Of a stretch of 64,000 bases of DNA, positions 53,014 to 62,924 are shown piece after piece. The position numbers and the translations under genes were made by a program. The notes under the pieces were generated by a model. That model was not told the origin of the DNA, did no database searches, and saw only the letters and a program-made list of their open reading frames with translations. Numbering within the stretch: the first letter of the stretch is position 1; the number at the start of each line of letters is the position of its first letter. The stretch is from an uncultured virus (IMG/VR IMGVR_UViG_3300029925_000021) (lineage: Duplodnaviria > Heunggongvirae > Uroviricota > Caudoviricetes): positions 1 through 64,000 of the IMG/VR virus record IMGVR_UViG_3300029925_000021. The stretch is one strand, 5' to 3'.

Positions 53014-53280
53014 ATGAGTAACGCAGTGAAACCGAGAGGTGATAGAATCACAGTTCGTAAAGTTAAGGCTACTCCAGTATCTAAGAATGGTATTATATTA
53101 CCAGAAGGTACGGTAGAAGATAATCCAGTTGTAGAAGTAGTCTCTGTAGGAGACGGGCCAGACGTAAAAGATATTAAGCCTGGACAGCTTGTAGTTATCT
53201 GCCAACTGTTCGAGAGAGATCAGATTGGCGACCTGTACATCGTTGACGAAGAAGACATTCGCGCAATATACGGAGAATAA
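53014..53280 (+). CDS. groES: GroES-like co-chaperonin
   Basis: KPRGDRI.V; GIILP; VVSVGDG; IKPG; EEDIRA. Confidence 0.85.
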   Translation: MSNAVKPRGDRITVRKVKATPVSKNGIILPEGTVEDNPVVEVVSVGDGPDVKDIKPGQLVVICQLFERDQIGDLYIVDEEDIRAIYGE

Positions 53281-53282
53281 CA

Positions 53283-54014
53283 TTGAAGAACTATATATGT
53301 GTTTACGATTTTGAGACAGATAGTCCTAAGCCAGAAACGTGCGAGCCAGTACAGATTGCTGCTCTCATGCTTCACCCTCACACTTTGAATATAGTAGAAG
53401 ATTCGGAATTCGTATCGTACATGCGTCCAGAGGGGATAGACGATAAGAATTACTTGAAGAAGAACTACGACACAATTAAGTGGCACGCTACAAACTATCA
53501 TCCAGACTTCTATGAGTTAAAGAGTGGAGATCAGGATGAAGCTGTAATGGGTATCTTGCAGAAATGGAAAGATGCTCCCAACCAGAAACAGGTGTGGAGT
53601 GACTTCTGTACCTATCTGCTCAAGTACAATAACAATCAGGCTAGACGTAGTAAGTTCTCCGCTCCAATACGTGCGGGTGCAAACATCAGACGCTTTGATA
53701 ATACTATCGTAGATCGTATGTGTACGAGGTTTGGTACTGTTACTAAGGATGGGGAGCAGAAGATTTTTCAACCTCGTGACGTAGTAGACATTATGGAACT
53801 AGCCTTCTACTGGTTTGAGAATCTGCCAGAACCCAAGGCTTACAATATGGGTGCTTTGAGAGAATTCTTTGGAATGTCCGATGAAGGTGCTCATGATGCT
53901 CTCGTTGATATCAGAGACGAAGCAGCAATGATTCAGAAGTTCTTGAGACTACACAGGTCTATAGCGGCCAAGGTTAAATTTCGTGGGGCAATGATTCCCA
54001 GGTTGAGTTCATAG
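53283..54014 (+). CDS. DEDDh 3'-5' exonuclease (DnaQ-like)
   Basis: YDFET; N...FD; HDALVD. Confidence 0.9.
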   Translation: MKNYICVYDFETDSPKPETCEPVQIAALMLHPHTLNIVEDSEFVSYMRPEGIDDKNYLKKNYDTIKWHATNYHPDFYELKSGDQDEAVMGILQKWKDAPNQKQVWSDFCTYLLKYNNNQARRSKFSAPIRAGANIRRFDNTIVDRMCTRFGTVTKDGEQKIFQPRDVVDIMELAFYWFENLPEPKAYNMGALREFFGMSDEGAHDALVDIRDEAAMIQKFLRLHRSIAAKVKFRGAMIPRLSS

Positions 54015-54025
54015 TTGGAGAAAAG

Positions 54026-55729
54026 ATGGTTGAGATTAAAGACGGATACGCTCATTACGAATGTGGGTGTAAGTTTGAAGTAACGCAAAATGGTCCACCG
54101 ATTAGACTTAGGGTAGACCCTCGTATAGAGACCTTACCTAAAGACTGTAGTAGAACGTGGAATCTATTCGCTACTGGTAATACTAAAGGTGTATTTCAGC
54201 TTGAGACCAGATTCGGACAGCAGTATTCAAAGAAGCTGATGCCCGAAAACATAGAGCAGTTAGCTGCGTTGATGGCTATCCTACGACCTGGATGTACGCA
54301 AAGTTATCGAGGCAGTAAGAACATTGCTGAGCACTACATAGACAGAAAGAATGGCGTAGAAAAGGTAGAGCAGTTTCATGAAGCACTAGCACCTATTCTT
54401 GTAGGAACTTTTGGTGAGATGATTTACCAGGAACAGGCTATGCAGATAGCTCAACTCATAGCTGGCTTCACCTTACAACAGGCTGACGTACTACGTAAGG
54501 CTATTGGTAAAAAGAAAGCCGACGTTATGGCCGAGGTTAAGATTGAATTTATAGCAGGCTGCAAGTCCGTAGGTATAGTAACTAAGGAAGAAGCGGAAGA
54601 AATCTTTGGGTGGATCGAGAAGTCACAGAGATACTCGTTCAACAAGAGTCATGCAATCTGTTATGCGTTTAATGCATATCAGACAGCATACTTCAAGGCT
54701 CACTTTCCCGTAGCTTTCTTTACTTCTTACTTATGGTATGCTAAAGACAAGTCAAAGAAGTTCGACGAGATTAAATTACTCATAGCCAATACTAACCAGA
54801 TGGGTATTAAGGTTCTGCCTCCTGATTTTAATAGCGACAACTCTAGATTTAAGAGAGTGTACGATAAGATCAGCGACAATTATAACGATTACGACGACAG
54901 TATCTACTTTGGCTTCGGTGACATAAAGAGTGTTGGAGAGAACCGTGTCAAGAAAATGAGTAATGCTATATACATAGCGGAAACATCTCTAGATAAGCAT
55001 AGAAGTAAGTGGACCTGGATAGAGTTTCTAGTACATTTCTCTCAGCAGGTAGACAGTACCATAATGAAAGGTATCATAGAAGCTGGAGCACTGTCTCACT
55101 TTAAGATAGCTCGTACTAAGATGTTGTTTGATTACGAACAGTACTCAGTACTAACTAAGAAGGAACAGGCATGGATTAAACAGAATCTCACTGCCGATAA
55201 TATCATAGAACTACTGGAAAAAGCTGTAGCTCCATATAGTAAAGGAGGTAAGAAGATTAATGGTCCTTGCAATAACTACAAGAGAGTACAGAAACTAAAG
55301 GATATAATAGTACTAGCTAAAGATCCTCCTTATTCAATGGAGGACTCTACAGACTGGATAGCCCGTATAGAGGAAGCTAGATTAGGAGTATCTATCACAG
55401 CATCTGTACTGGACTCATGTAAGGACTTAGATCAGGCTAATTGTACCATACTAGAGTTCAATAAGCAACAGGAGAAGTCTAGTGGAATCTTCATAGCTTG
55501 TCAGATAGAGGAGATCAGGACGCATATCACTAAGACTAAGCAAGAAGAGATGGCTTTTGTGACCGTCAACGACCAGGAGGACTCCCTAAGCTGTGTGGTT
55601 TTCCCGAAAGATTGGCCAGAGATCAAAGCTTGTGGAGCATGTGTGACAGAAAACACTGTTATTATAAGCGGAGACAGGTCGAAAAATAAAGATAGCTTTA
55701 TTATTAAGAAAATGTGGCAGTTAACTTGA
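54026..55729 (+). CDS. dnaE: DNA polymerase III alpha, C-terminal part (fingers, HhH, OB)
   Basis: TKGVFQLE; ILRPG; IYQEQ; LRKAIGKK; YSFNKSHA; IK.VG; MAFVT..D. Confidence 0.92.
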   Translation: MVEIKDGYAHYECGCKFEVTQNGPPIRLRVDPRIETLPKDCSRTWNLFATGNTKGVFQLETRFGQQYSKKLMPENIEQLAALMAILRPGCTQSYRGSKNIAEHYIDRKNGVEKVEQFHEALAPILVGTFGEMIYQEQAMQIAQLIAGFTLQQADVLRKAIGKKKADVMAEVKIEFIAGCKSVGIVTKEEAEEIFGWIEKSQRYSFNKSHAICYAFNAYQTAYFKAHFPVAFFTSYLWYAKDKSKKFDEIKLLIANTNQMGIKVLPPDFNSDNSRFKRVYDKISDNYNDYDDSIYFGFGDIKSVGENRVKKMSNAIYIAETSLDKHRSKWTWIEFLVHFSQQVDSTIMKGIIEAGALSHFKIARTKMLFDYEQYSVLTKKEQAWIKQNLTADNIIELLEKAVAPYSKGGKKINGPCNNYKRVQKLKDIIVLAKDPPYSMEDSTDWIARIEEARLGVSITASVLDSCKDLDQANCTILEFNKQQEKSSGIFIACQIEEIRTHITKTKQEEMAFVTVNDQEDSLSCVVFPKDWPEIKACGACVTENTVIISGDRSKNKDSFIIKKMWQLT

Positions 55730-55754
55730 CACTTGTGCTCTAGTCGAGTATACT
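55726..55754 (+). promoter_or_regulatory. sigma70-type promoter
   Basis: TTGACA-17 nt-TATACT. Confidence 0.85.
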
Positions 55755-55792
55755 TATAGTGTAATTGGTAATTTTAACGAGGAGATGAGAAG

Positions 55793-56230
55793 ATGAACAT
55801 TGTAGTCCTAAAAGGCAACTTAACTAAAGACCCAGAAGTCAAGACCATTAATGCTAATGGCAAGACAACTAGCGTAGCTCAGTTTAGCATCGCGGTTAAC
55901 AGACACTACAAGAAGGCTGATGGCTCTAAAGAGCAAAGCGTCACCTATGTAGACTGTGAAGCATGGGACACTGGAGCAGAGACTCTTGGTAAGTACGCCA
56001 AAAAGGGAGACCCGTTACTTATTAACGGAGCACTCAAACTAGACCAATGGGAAACAGACGGACAAAAAAGGTCCAAGCTGAAAGTCCGCGTAACAAACTT
56101 TGAGATGTTACGAACCCGTAAGGACAGGGAAGCACTAGCCAGTGCTGGTGGAGCAGAATCTAATGACGCTCCTACCGAGCAACCAGTAGCTCCAGATGGT
56201 CAGCCAGTGGACGACGACATTCCTTTCTAA
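55793..56230 (+). CDS. ssb: single-stranded DNA-binding protein
   Basis: GNLTKDPE; AVNR; KG..L.I.G.L; C-terminal DDDIPF. Confidence 0.95.
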   Translation: MNIVVLKGNLTKDPEVKTINANGKTTSVAQFSIAVNRHYKKADGSKEQSVTYVDCEAWDTGAETLGKYAKKGDPLLINGALKLDQWETDGQKRSKLKVRVTNFEMLRTRKDREALASAGGAESNDAPTEQPVAPDGQPVDDDIPF

Positions 56231-56727
56231 TGGTGGTGTCTAATATTAATCAAGATCAACTAGCCTCATTACTCGAAGAGAACATGGGGCTAGTTGTTTT
56301 TCTAGCTAAGTCTTTCAACCCCACTAGCCACTACGACCTAGAAGAATTTATACAGATAGGTCGTATAGCAGCATGGAAGGCTATTCTCAAGCACGACCCC
56401 GAAAGAGCCGCGCTGAGTACTCTGATATGGCATCATGTAAGATGGGCCATACTAAGAGACCTAGACAGACGTAAGAAACAACACGTACAGTTAGATGACA
56501 CCATTCCTATCGAAGATAAATCAGTAAGTTCTATAGTGTGGGAGTATGTACCAGACTATCTAACTAACAACGAACAAACAGTATTAGACATGCGTATGCA
56601 GGGTCATACGTTTGTAGATATATGTTCTACGCTGGGGTTCTCCAGAGGGTGGTCAAACAACGTATTCAAATCTGCGATAAAAAAGATCAATGAAGCAAAC
56701 GAGAAAAAAACGAATCTTAATGTGTAA
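56230..56727 (+). CDS. ECF-like sigma factor
   Basis: ENMGLV...EEFIQ.G....W.A; region 4 LT.NE..V..MR..G.T...I...LG.S. Confidence 0.82.
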   Translation: MVVSNINQDQLASLLEENMGLVVFLAKSFNPTSHYDLEEFIQIGRIAAWKAILKHDPERAALSTLIWHHVRWAILRDLDRRKKQHVQLDDTIPIEDKSVSSIVWEYVPDYLTNNEQTVLDMRMQGHTFVDICSTLGFSRGWSNNVFKSAIKKINEANEKKTNLNV

Positions 56728-58375
56728 TGATGCTCATTTCCTATACACTGGCTATGCCAAGTATGGGAATGAGGTGTTAAGTCGTCTAGCTAAAACTAAC
56801 AAGTTTGAACTAGCTGAGCTATCTTGCTATGGGTACGTTAACGACCCTAGAGACAACCATGTGCCGTGGAGATACTACGCCAACTCGATAAAGGAGGAGG
56901 CTGACCTGCAATTTCCCGCATACAAATCCCATCCTCAGAATCCTTTTGGTAACTGGAGATTCGAGAGAACATGCGTAGACTTTCGACCAGATATCGTGTG
57001 GGATATACGTGATCCGTGGATGCTTGCATTTGAAGGTACTTCTACTTTTCGTCCCTTCTTTCACTGGGCGATCATGCCGACCGTAGACTCCGCTCCTCAA
57101 CAAGAGGACTGGGTATCTATCTTCTCTGGTGCTGATTCGGTGGCAACTTATTCCGACTATGGAATGAAAACGTTACAGAAGACAGGAAGCAATATACCTC
57201 TCACTTCTGTTGCGTCACCTGGAGTTGATCTAGATGTATTCTCACCAGTCACCGATAAAGCTGCGCATAGAAGAAAGTTAGGATTCTTCCCTAACGCGAA
57301 TATCATTGGTACTATCATGCGTAACCAAGCTCGTAAACTATATCCAGACTTGTTTCAAGCCTTTAGAAAGTTTATAGATAACTGTTATGATAAGGGTGAG
57401 AAAGATCTCGCCAACAATACATACTTGTATCTTCATGTAAGCTATCCAGATTTAGGATGGGAAATTCCGTCCCTGCTTAGAGAACATGGTTTAGGCAGGA
57501 AGGTTTTATTCACCTACATCTGCAAAAATTGTGACAGTCCGTTCGCCAGCTTCTTCAAGGATGCTCGAACCGTATGTCGTCGATGCAATCACGCTAGTGC
57601 TGTACTTCCCAGTCCAGATAGAGGACTTACTCCATCTCAGCTATCGGAAGTAATTAATACGTTCGATGCATACATACAATATTCAGTGTGTGAGGGTTTC
57701 GGTATGCCTCAAGTAGAAGCTGCTGCCTGCGGAGTACCAGTCATGTCAGTAAACTATTCTGCTATGGAAGACGTAATTAAAAACACCAAGGGTATGCCTA
57801 TACCAGTAGAGAGAATGTTTAGGGATGTAGGTACTCATGCTTATAGAGCCCTGCCTGACAATGATGCCTGTGCAGAGATAATATACAAGTTCTTCAAGAA
57901 GCCTTCTGCTATACGTAGGGTCATGGGTAACAAGGCTCGTAAGGCAGCAGAGAAATATTACAACTGGGATGCTACGGCCAAGATATGGGAAGACCATTTT
58001 GATAGCATTGAGCTAACCAACCTACAAGGTAAGTGGAGTGCTCCTATGTTACCATGCGGGAAACCTCCCACTATGCCAGATCCTAAACGTATGGTTTCTA
58101 ATTCTCACTACGTTGACTGGCTAATATTAAACGTGTTGAAGGAACCTAAGCATCTTAATAGCAGATTCGCCCTGAAATATCTGCGTCAATTGAATTATGG
58201 GTCTCGTCAATCGGGTGTAGATATGATTCCAGTCACTAGAAAATCTGTATATGACGAAATGTCTGCATACGCCTATAATAAGCTTGAGTACGAGATGGCT
58301 AGAACTGGACAGTTAGAGCTACATAACGCGGACTTTATTGAGTACGCTCACCAGAGAGATAAGTATCTAAAATGA
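56690..58375 (+). CDS. GT4 glycosyltransferase with Zn-finger insert
   Basis: TGY; RNQARK; CKNC...CRRC; EGFGMPQVEAAACG. Confidence 0.88.
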   Translation: MKQTRKKRILMCNDAHFLYTGYAKYGNEVLSRLAKTNKFELAELSCYGYVNDPRDNHVPWRYYANSIKEEADLQFPAYKSHPQNPFGNWRFERTCVDFRPDIVWDIRDPWMLAFEGTSTFRPFFHWAIMPTVDSAPQQEDWVSIFSGADSVATYSDYGMKTLQKTGSNIPLTSVASPGVDLDVFSPVTDKAAHRRKLGFFPNANIIGTIMRNQARKLYPDLFQAFRKFIDNCYDKGEKDLANNTYLYLHVSYPDLGWEIPSLLREHGLGRKVLFTYICKNCDSPFASFFKDARTVCRRCNHASAVLPSPDRGLTPSQLSEVINTFDAYIQYSVCEGFGMPQVEAAACGVPVMSVNYSAMEDVIKNTKGMPIPVERMFRDVGTHAYRALPDNDACAEIIYKFFKKPSAIRRVMGNKARKAAEKYYNWDATAKIWEDHFDSIELTNLQGKWSAPMLPCGKPPTMPDPKRMVSNSHYVDWLILNVLKEPKHLNSRFALKYLRQLNYGSRQSGVDMIPVTRKSVYDEMSAYAYNKLEYEMARTGQLELHNADFIEYAHQRDKYLK

Positions 58376-59490
58376 AAAACATACTATTCGTAGGACCATA
58401 TAGGCAGACCGATGGATGGGGTAATGCCGCAAAAGAATACATCCGAGCCTTACGTCTCACTGGACATAACCTAGCTGTAAGACCAGTCTACCTTAACCAT
58501 CAGGAGAAGTGGGATCAGATAGAAGAGTTTCGGGATTTAGAATCCGCGTCGTATGAATACGATGTTATCATACAGAATTGTCTACCTCACATGTTTAGAC
58601 GGTACGGTGGAGTCAAGAATATTGGACTGTCCTACTTTGAATCTACAGTTAGATATACTCCCTGGCCAGCATCTATCAATCTGATGGATAGAATGTGGGT
58701 TACCTCCAAATTTGAACAATGGATGTTAGAGAACTCTAAGGTCAGTACAGATATAGACGTGATCTCTATACCTTGCGATGCGGAGAAGTACAACAAGGAA
58801 TATTCCTACGAACTACTGAAAGAGCATCATGGTCATGAGTTTAAGTTCTACTTTATCGGAGAGTTCATAAGCAGAAAGAATCTCAATGCATTAATCATAG
58901 CGTTTCATAGAGAATTCTCTCCCAATGAGCAAGTACGACTAGTCCTAAAGCTGAACAGGGTTGGTCTTGGAGCGGAAGACACACTGAGACAAGCACAAGC
59001 AATGATACAAAGTACCCGAAAGTCGATGGGAATGTATAAGAATCAATCATCATACAAGTCGGAGATACTATTGCTCAAGTACCTGTCTAACGATGAACTA
59101 TACGGTCTACATAATGACTGCGACTGTTTTGTTATGCCTAGCAGCGGCGAGGCTTTTTGCATCCCCGCCTTTGACGCTACAATGTTCGGGTCTGCTCCTA
59201 TAATAAATGTGAATTCTAGTATGGTGGAATACGTAGACGGTGACGTGGGATATTTTGCACGTAGCTATAAGACTCCAGCTATAGCAGAAGATAGACCTCT
59301 ACCTTACCTGTATAACACCAGAGATACTTGGTTTAAGGTAGACATACTGTCCCTACAGACACAAATGAGATGGGCCTATGATGACAGGAACAGGAAAACT
59401 AGAGAAGAAAGAAAAGAGTATGCTAGGAAAAACATATTACCAAAGTTCACTTACGAAAGCATAGCTAAGAAGATGGCGGAAGTACTATGA
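58372..59490 (+). CDS. GT4 glycosyltransferase
   Basis: RKN; PSSGEAFCIPAFDA. Confidence 0.85.
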   Translation: MKNILFVGPYRQTDGWGNAAKEYIRALRLTGHNLAVRPVYLNHQEKWDQIEEFRDLESASYEYDVIIQNCLPHMFRRYGGVKNIGLSYFESTVRYTPWPASINLMDRMWVTSKFEQWMLENSKVSTDIDVISIPCDAEKYNKEYSYELLKEHHGHEFKFYFIGEFISRKNLNALIIAFHREFSPNEQVRLVLKLNRVGLGAEDTLRQAQAMIQSTRKSMGMYKNQSSYKSEILLLKYLSNDELYGLHNDCDCFVMPSSGEAFCIPAFDATMFGSAPIINVNSSMVEYVDGDVGYFARSYKTPAIAEDRPLPYLYNTRDTWFKVDILSLQTQMRWAYDDRNRKTREERKEYARKNILPKFTYESIAKKMAEVL

Positions 59491-60467
59491 AAGATGCAAT
59501 AGATAACGTGATTAACAAGGCTATTAGAAAGCCTGGAGACGACACTAATCTACTATACATTCCATACGACGGAAACTTTGAGTGGATGATGTCTAGCGTT
59601 CCAGTACGTCTATACGCACCTAGTAATTCACTATCCAGAGAATGGCCTTGTAATAATTTTCCGCAGTCATTAAACTGGCTACCCGCTGGCGCTAACTTCA
59701 TTCCTAACAGGATAGACATACAAGCCGTAGTAGTTAACTTTAGAAAAGAAGCGGTACATAATGCGGCAGGCATAGCTCATCGTTTCCATGTACCTCTAGT
59801 AATAGTAGACCACGAACTACCAACCAAAGAAGCCAGTTCTAATCTAAAGAGATTTATAAATAGTCAACTACCTCCTGGTTCCGTATACGTTACTCCGCAC
59901 AGTATGGTGAATGAATCGTGGGCGTACTCAGATACTATGGAATCTTATAACATACCATACGGATTCGAAAAGCAGGAACAATCAATAAAACAGAACGATG
60001 TATTAGTAGTTGGAGACTACGCTCCAGAAGACGCAGGGTTACTATCAGAACTTCTTAACTGCCATACAAAAGTAATGGGCATTGGACATAATGGAAGTCG
60101 CACCACTCCGTATACATCCATGAAGGATTTGATATATCACATGTCCAATTCACAAGTATGTGTGGTGATATTTCAGGAACATCGTCCACCGTTTTTCGCT
60201 ATGCTTGCGGCTGCGTGTGGGTGTGCTGTAGTAACAAACAGAACCAGATGGACCGAATCCGTATTCGAAAATAAAACAAACGCTATACTGTTTGACAATA
60301 TAGACTCTGTCAAGAGACTTGTTAGAGAGCTGATACATAGCGATACGTTAGACGACATGGCTCTTGCGGGACAAGAGATGATAGAAAGGGATCACAGTAT
60401 TAATAAGTTTAGAGATGGCTGGATAGATCTTCTTAATGACCTAAGTACAAGGATATATATTAGATGA
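59487..60467 (+). CDS. degenerate GT-B glycosyltransferase-like protein
   Basis: IPYG; AAACGCAVVT; C-terminal GT-B helix pattern. Confidence 0.6.
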   Translation: MKDAIDNVINKAIRKPGDDTNLLYIPYDGNFEWMMSSVPVRLYAPSNSLSREWPCNNFPQSLNWLPAGANFIPNRIDIQAVVVNFRKEAVHNAAGIAHRFHVPLVIVDHELPTKEASSNLKRFINSQLPPGSVYVTPHSMVNESWAYSDTMESYNIPYGFEKQEQSIKQNDVLVVGDYAPEDAGLLSELLNCHTKVMGIGHNGSRTTPYTSMKDLIYHMSNSQVCVVIFQEHRPPFFAMLAAACGCAVVTNRTRWTESVFENKTNAILFDNIDSVKRLVRELIHSDTLDDMALAGQEMIERDHSINKFRDGWIDLLNDLSTRIYIR

Positions 60468-60889
60468 AAATAGCAGTGAAGCATCAGAATTTAACGTCTG
60501 TCGTAGACAACGATCAGACTGTAGTATCGTTGCAAGAACTAGATACGGTAGAAAATGCTAGTTGTATATCAGTACATCTAGCGGACTGTGCCGACTATGT
60601 ACCTCTTTCAGAGCGCGCAAAGCTTATAAAGAAAGCTATAGGTAAACTTAGATACGGAGGTGAGATTACTATCAGTGGGACTGACTTGATATCCGTAGGA
60701 CAGCAAATTATGAGCGGCAATATGAGTACTGCACGTTCTAACGTTGTACTGTTCGGAGGTAGGTTGTCCGCAGATACAATCAACGACGTTATTAAAAATA
60801 TTCAGGCAGCAGGATTAAATATCGTTAATGCTAAACTAGTGGATGAACTATACTACTCAATTAAAGCGAGAAGACCAGATGTCAAATGA
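60464..60889 (+). CDS. truncated methyltransferase-like protein
   Basis: DYVP...LRYGGEI.I...D...AGL pattern; SAM motif I absent. Confidence 0.45.
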   Translation: MKIAVKHQNLTSVVDNDQTVVSLQELDTVENASCISVHLADCADYVPLSERAKLIKKAIGKLRYGGEITISGTDLISVGQQIMSGNMSTARSNVVLFGGRLSADTINDVIKNIQAAGLNIVNAKLVDELYYSIKARRPDVK

Positions 60890-61679
60890 TACCTCATGTA
60901 AAGCGTGCGTCTTTGCAGAATACGATGATATGACCCAGGTTGGATGTTCTAGGGGTATGCTTAAAAAATATAAAGATGTTGGTGCAAACGTTGTAGAAGC
61001 CTATGATGAAGACAGGGAGTTTATGGTCATAGAAAATAGACTATGTCCTTTCTATAGAACTAAGGGATGGATTGATAGGATACCAGAAGAAGACTTCGAC
61101 GCAACGGTAGAACGTATGCTGGCTTTAGAGACTCGCTTATCGTTTCATGCAATAGTATTTGTAGAAGACCATAATATTGAGTCTGTCTGTAGCACTATAG
61201 ATAGTTTATACGCTCAGAATAATCGGCCAGCAAGAGTAACAGTAGTTAGACCACGGACCAGTACTATAAAACCTAGAGATATACGAGAACTGTTTAATGA
61301 AGACTGCGGATTCAAATGGAGGATTGAGAATCTAATAGGACCAACTCCAAGAGACGTAGTGACACACTCGGTACATAAGAAGAGTGGTAGGGTACAGCCC
61401 TGTCAATACTATGCAGTAGTAGATGCTGGACATGTATTCGACGAGCAATACTTCTACGAGATTAATGAAGCAATAATAGGTTCGTTGTTGCAATTTGCTA
61501 TGATCGAATCAAAAGAGTGTATTGTTATACCTAATCCAGTACATCAATACTGGCATTTCCACGGCAATCATGAAATAACTATAGCGGAAAACATAAGAGA
61601 GTACCAATGCAAGAACAAAGAGAAAAAGGTAGTACTGAAAATGAGTCAGGTACAGGGTCTGTTGACGCAAAAGTCATAG
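60843..61679 (+). CDS. Cys-rich N-terminus plus GT2-like domain
   Basis: CKAC...C...C; TIDSL.AQ...P..V.VV; likely start ATG 60879. Confidence 0.5.
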   Translation: MNYTTQLKREDQMSNDTSCKACVFAEYDDMTQVGCSRGMLKKYKDVGANVVEAYDEDREFMVIENRLCPFYRTKGWIDRIPEEDFDATVERMLALETRLSFHAIVFVEDHNIESVCSTIDSLYAQNNRPARVTVVRPRTSTIKPRDIRELFNEDCGFKWRIENLIGPTPRDVVTHSVHKKSGRVQPCQYYAVVDAGHVFDEQYFYEINEAIIGSLLQFAMIESKECIVIPNPVHQYWHFHGNHEITIAENIREYQCKNKEKKVVLKMSQVQGLLTQKS

Positions 61680-62212
61680 TTGCTATTGGAGGTTCTAAGA
61701 GAGACATCCCTTGCGACTATCCCTTAGCTGACTTTATATTTCAGGACGAGTACGACGTTAATCTGCCAGCGATGTTTAACCAACTCAAGAATAAGAGTAG
61801 CTACGACCTATTCGTATATATGAGTGAAGAATATAACTTTGCGTCGGAGAGTTCTTTGAGTAGGATGGTAGAGAAGTTTTGGTCCTTAGATATGACTAGC
61901 ATTGGAGCGGTATATACTGACATACTAGTTAAGCATAAGGATAAAGAGATATGCGTTAAGGTTAATCCAGCCTACAGATCGAGCTTCTATGAGGAAAGGA
62001 TAGTCCTCAACATACCATTCATGGCTAAGTCTGCGATACTACCTACCTTTAACGAAGAGGTGGAACAGTTGTGTCTGTGGGACGGGATGTTATGGCTCAC
62101 ACAGAACACGTTACTATACCACATACCAGAAACATTATTCCAGATAGAAGATTCCATGGAATTAAAGCAAATAGAAAAAGAGATAGGAATAGTACATGGC
62201 ACGCACTACTAG
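61607..62212 (+). CDS. GT2-like protein fragment
   Basis: GAVYTD; YHIPE.L. Confidence 0.45.
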   Translation: MQEQREKGSTENESGTGSVDAKVIVAIGGSKRDIPCDYPLADFIFQDEYDVNLPAMFNQLKNKSSYDLFVYMSEEYNFASESSLSRMVEKFWSLDMTSIGAVYTDILVKHKDKEICVKVNPAYRSSFYEERIVLNIPFMAKSAILPTFNEEVEQLCLWDGMLWLTQNTLLYHIPETLFQIEDSMELKQIEKEIGIVHGTHY

Positions 62213-62924
62213 AAATATAGTAGCACCAACTATCAGACCAGACAAAAGAAGGGTCTCCATAATCATTCCCGCTGCTGGAATAGGCAGTAGGATGAAGTCG
62301 TATGGACCTAAAGCCCTGATAAAGATTAAAGAAGACCTGACCATTATCTCTAATCAGTTGAAATATATCAACAAGTATTTCCACAAGCCAGAGATCATAC
62401 TGGTGGCTGGATTCGGGTACTCTAAGGTTGAGGCCGCTATGTCTCGCAAGAAGAACGTTAAAGTAATAGAGAACGCGGCATGGGCAACTACTAATGTCAT
62501 GTCAAGTATAGCTATCGGAATGGAACATGCTAGTTACGACAATATACTATGGCTATATGGAGATCTAGTATTTAACGCCTGGGCTCTAAAAGTCCCCTTT
62601 GGCAGTTACTCTATAATAGTGACAGACAAAAAAGGATTTATGAAGGACGAAGAGGTAGGATGTATAGTAGAAAGTAATATAGTAGAACACATGATGTATG
62701 GCCTGCCAAACAAGTGGGCTCAGATAGCATATTTTACTGGGAACGAAACCGACATTCTAAAGGACTTATGCAGAAACCCTGAGTATTATCAGTACTTTGG
62801 CTTTGAGATAATAAACAAGATCATCGGTCAGGACGGTAAGTTTACCGCATACTCCAATAACCGAATAAGAATAACAGACATAGACTCATCAAGAGACCTA
62901 GTTAAGATACAGGACATAATATGA
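62196..62924 (+). CDS. NTP transferase (LicC/GlmU-like)
   Basis: IIPAAGIGSRMKSYGPKALI; GD; DIDS..DL. Confidence 0.88.
   Translation: MARTTRNIVAPTIRPDKRRVSIIIPAAGIGSRMKSYGPKALIKIKEDLTIISNQLKYINKYFHKPEIILVAGFGYSKVEAAMSRKKNVKVIENAAWATTNVMSSIAIGMEHASYDNILWLYGDLVFNAWALKVPFGSYSIIVTDKKGFMKDEEVGCIVESNIVEHMMYGLPNKWAQIAYFTGNETDILKDLCRNPEYYQYFGFEIINKIIGQDGKFTAYSNNRIRITDIDSSRDLVKIQDII

Noticed and set aside
52300..54150. Split intein joining the DnaE halves
   Set aside because: No N-intein (C-L/F start plus ~100 aa) after the N-half and no HN-C/S/T junction at the start of the C-half
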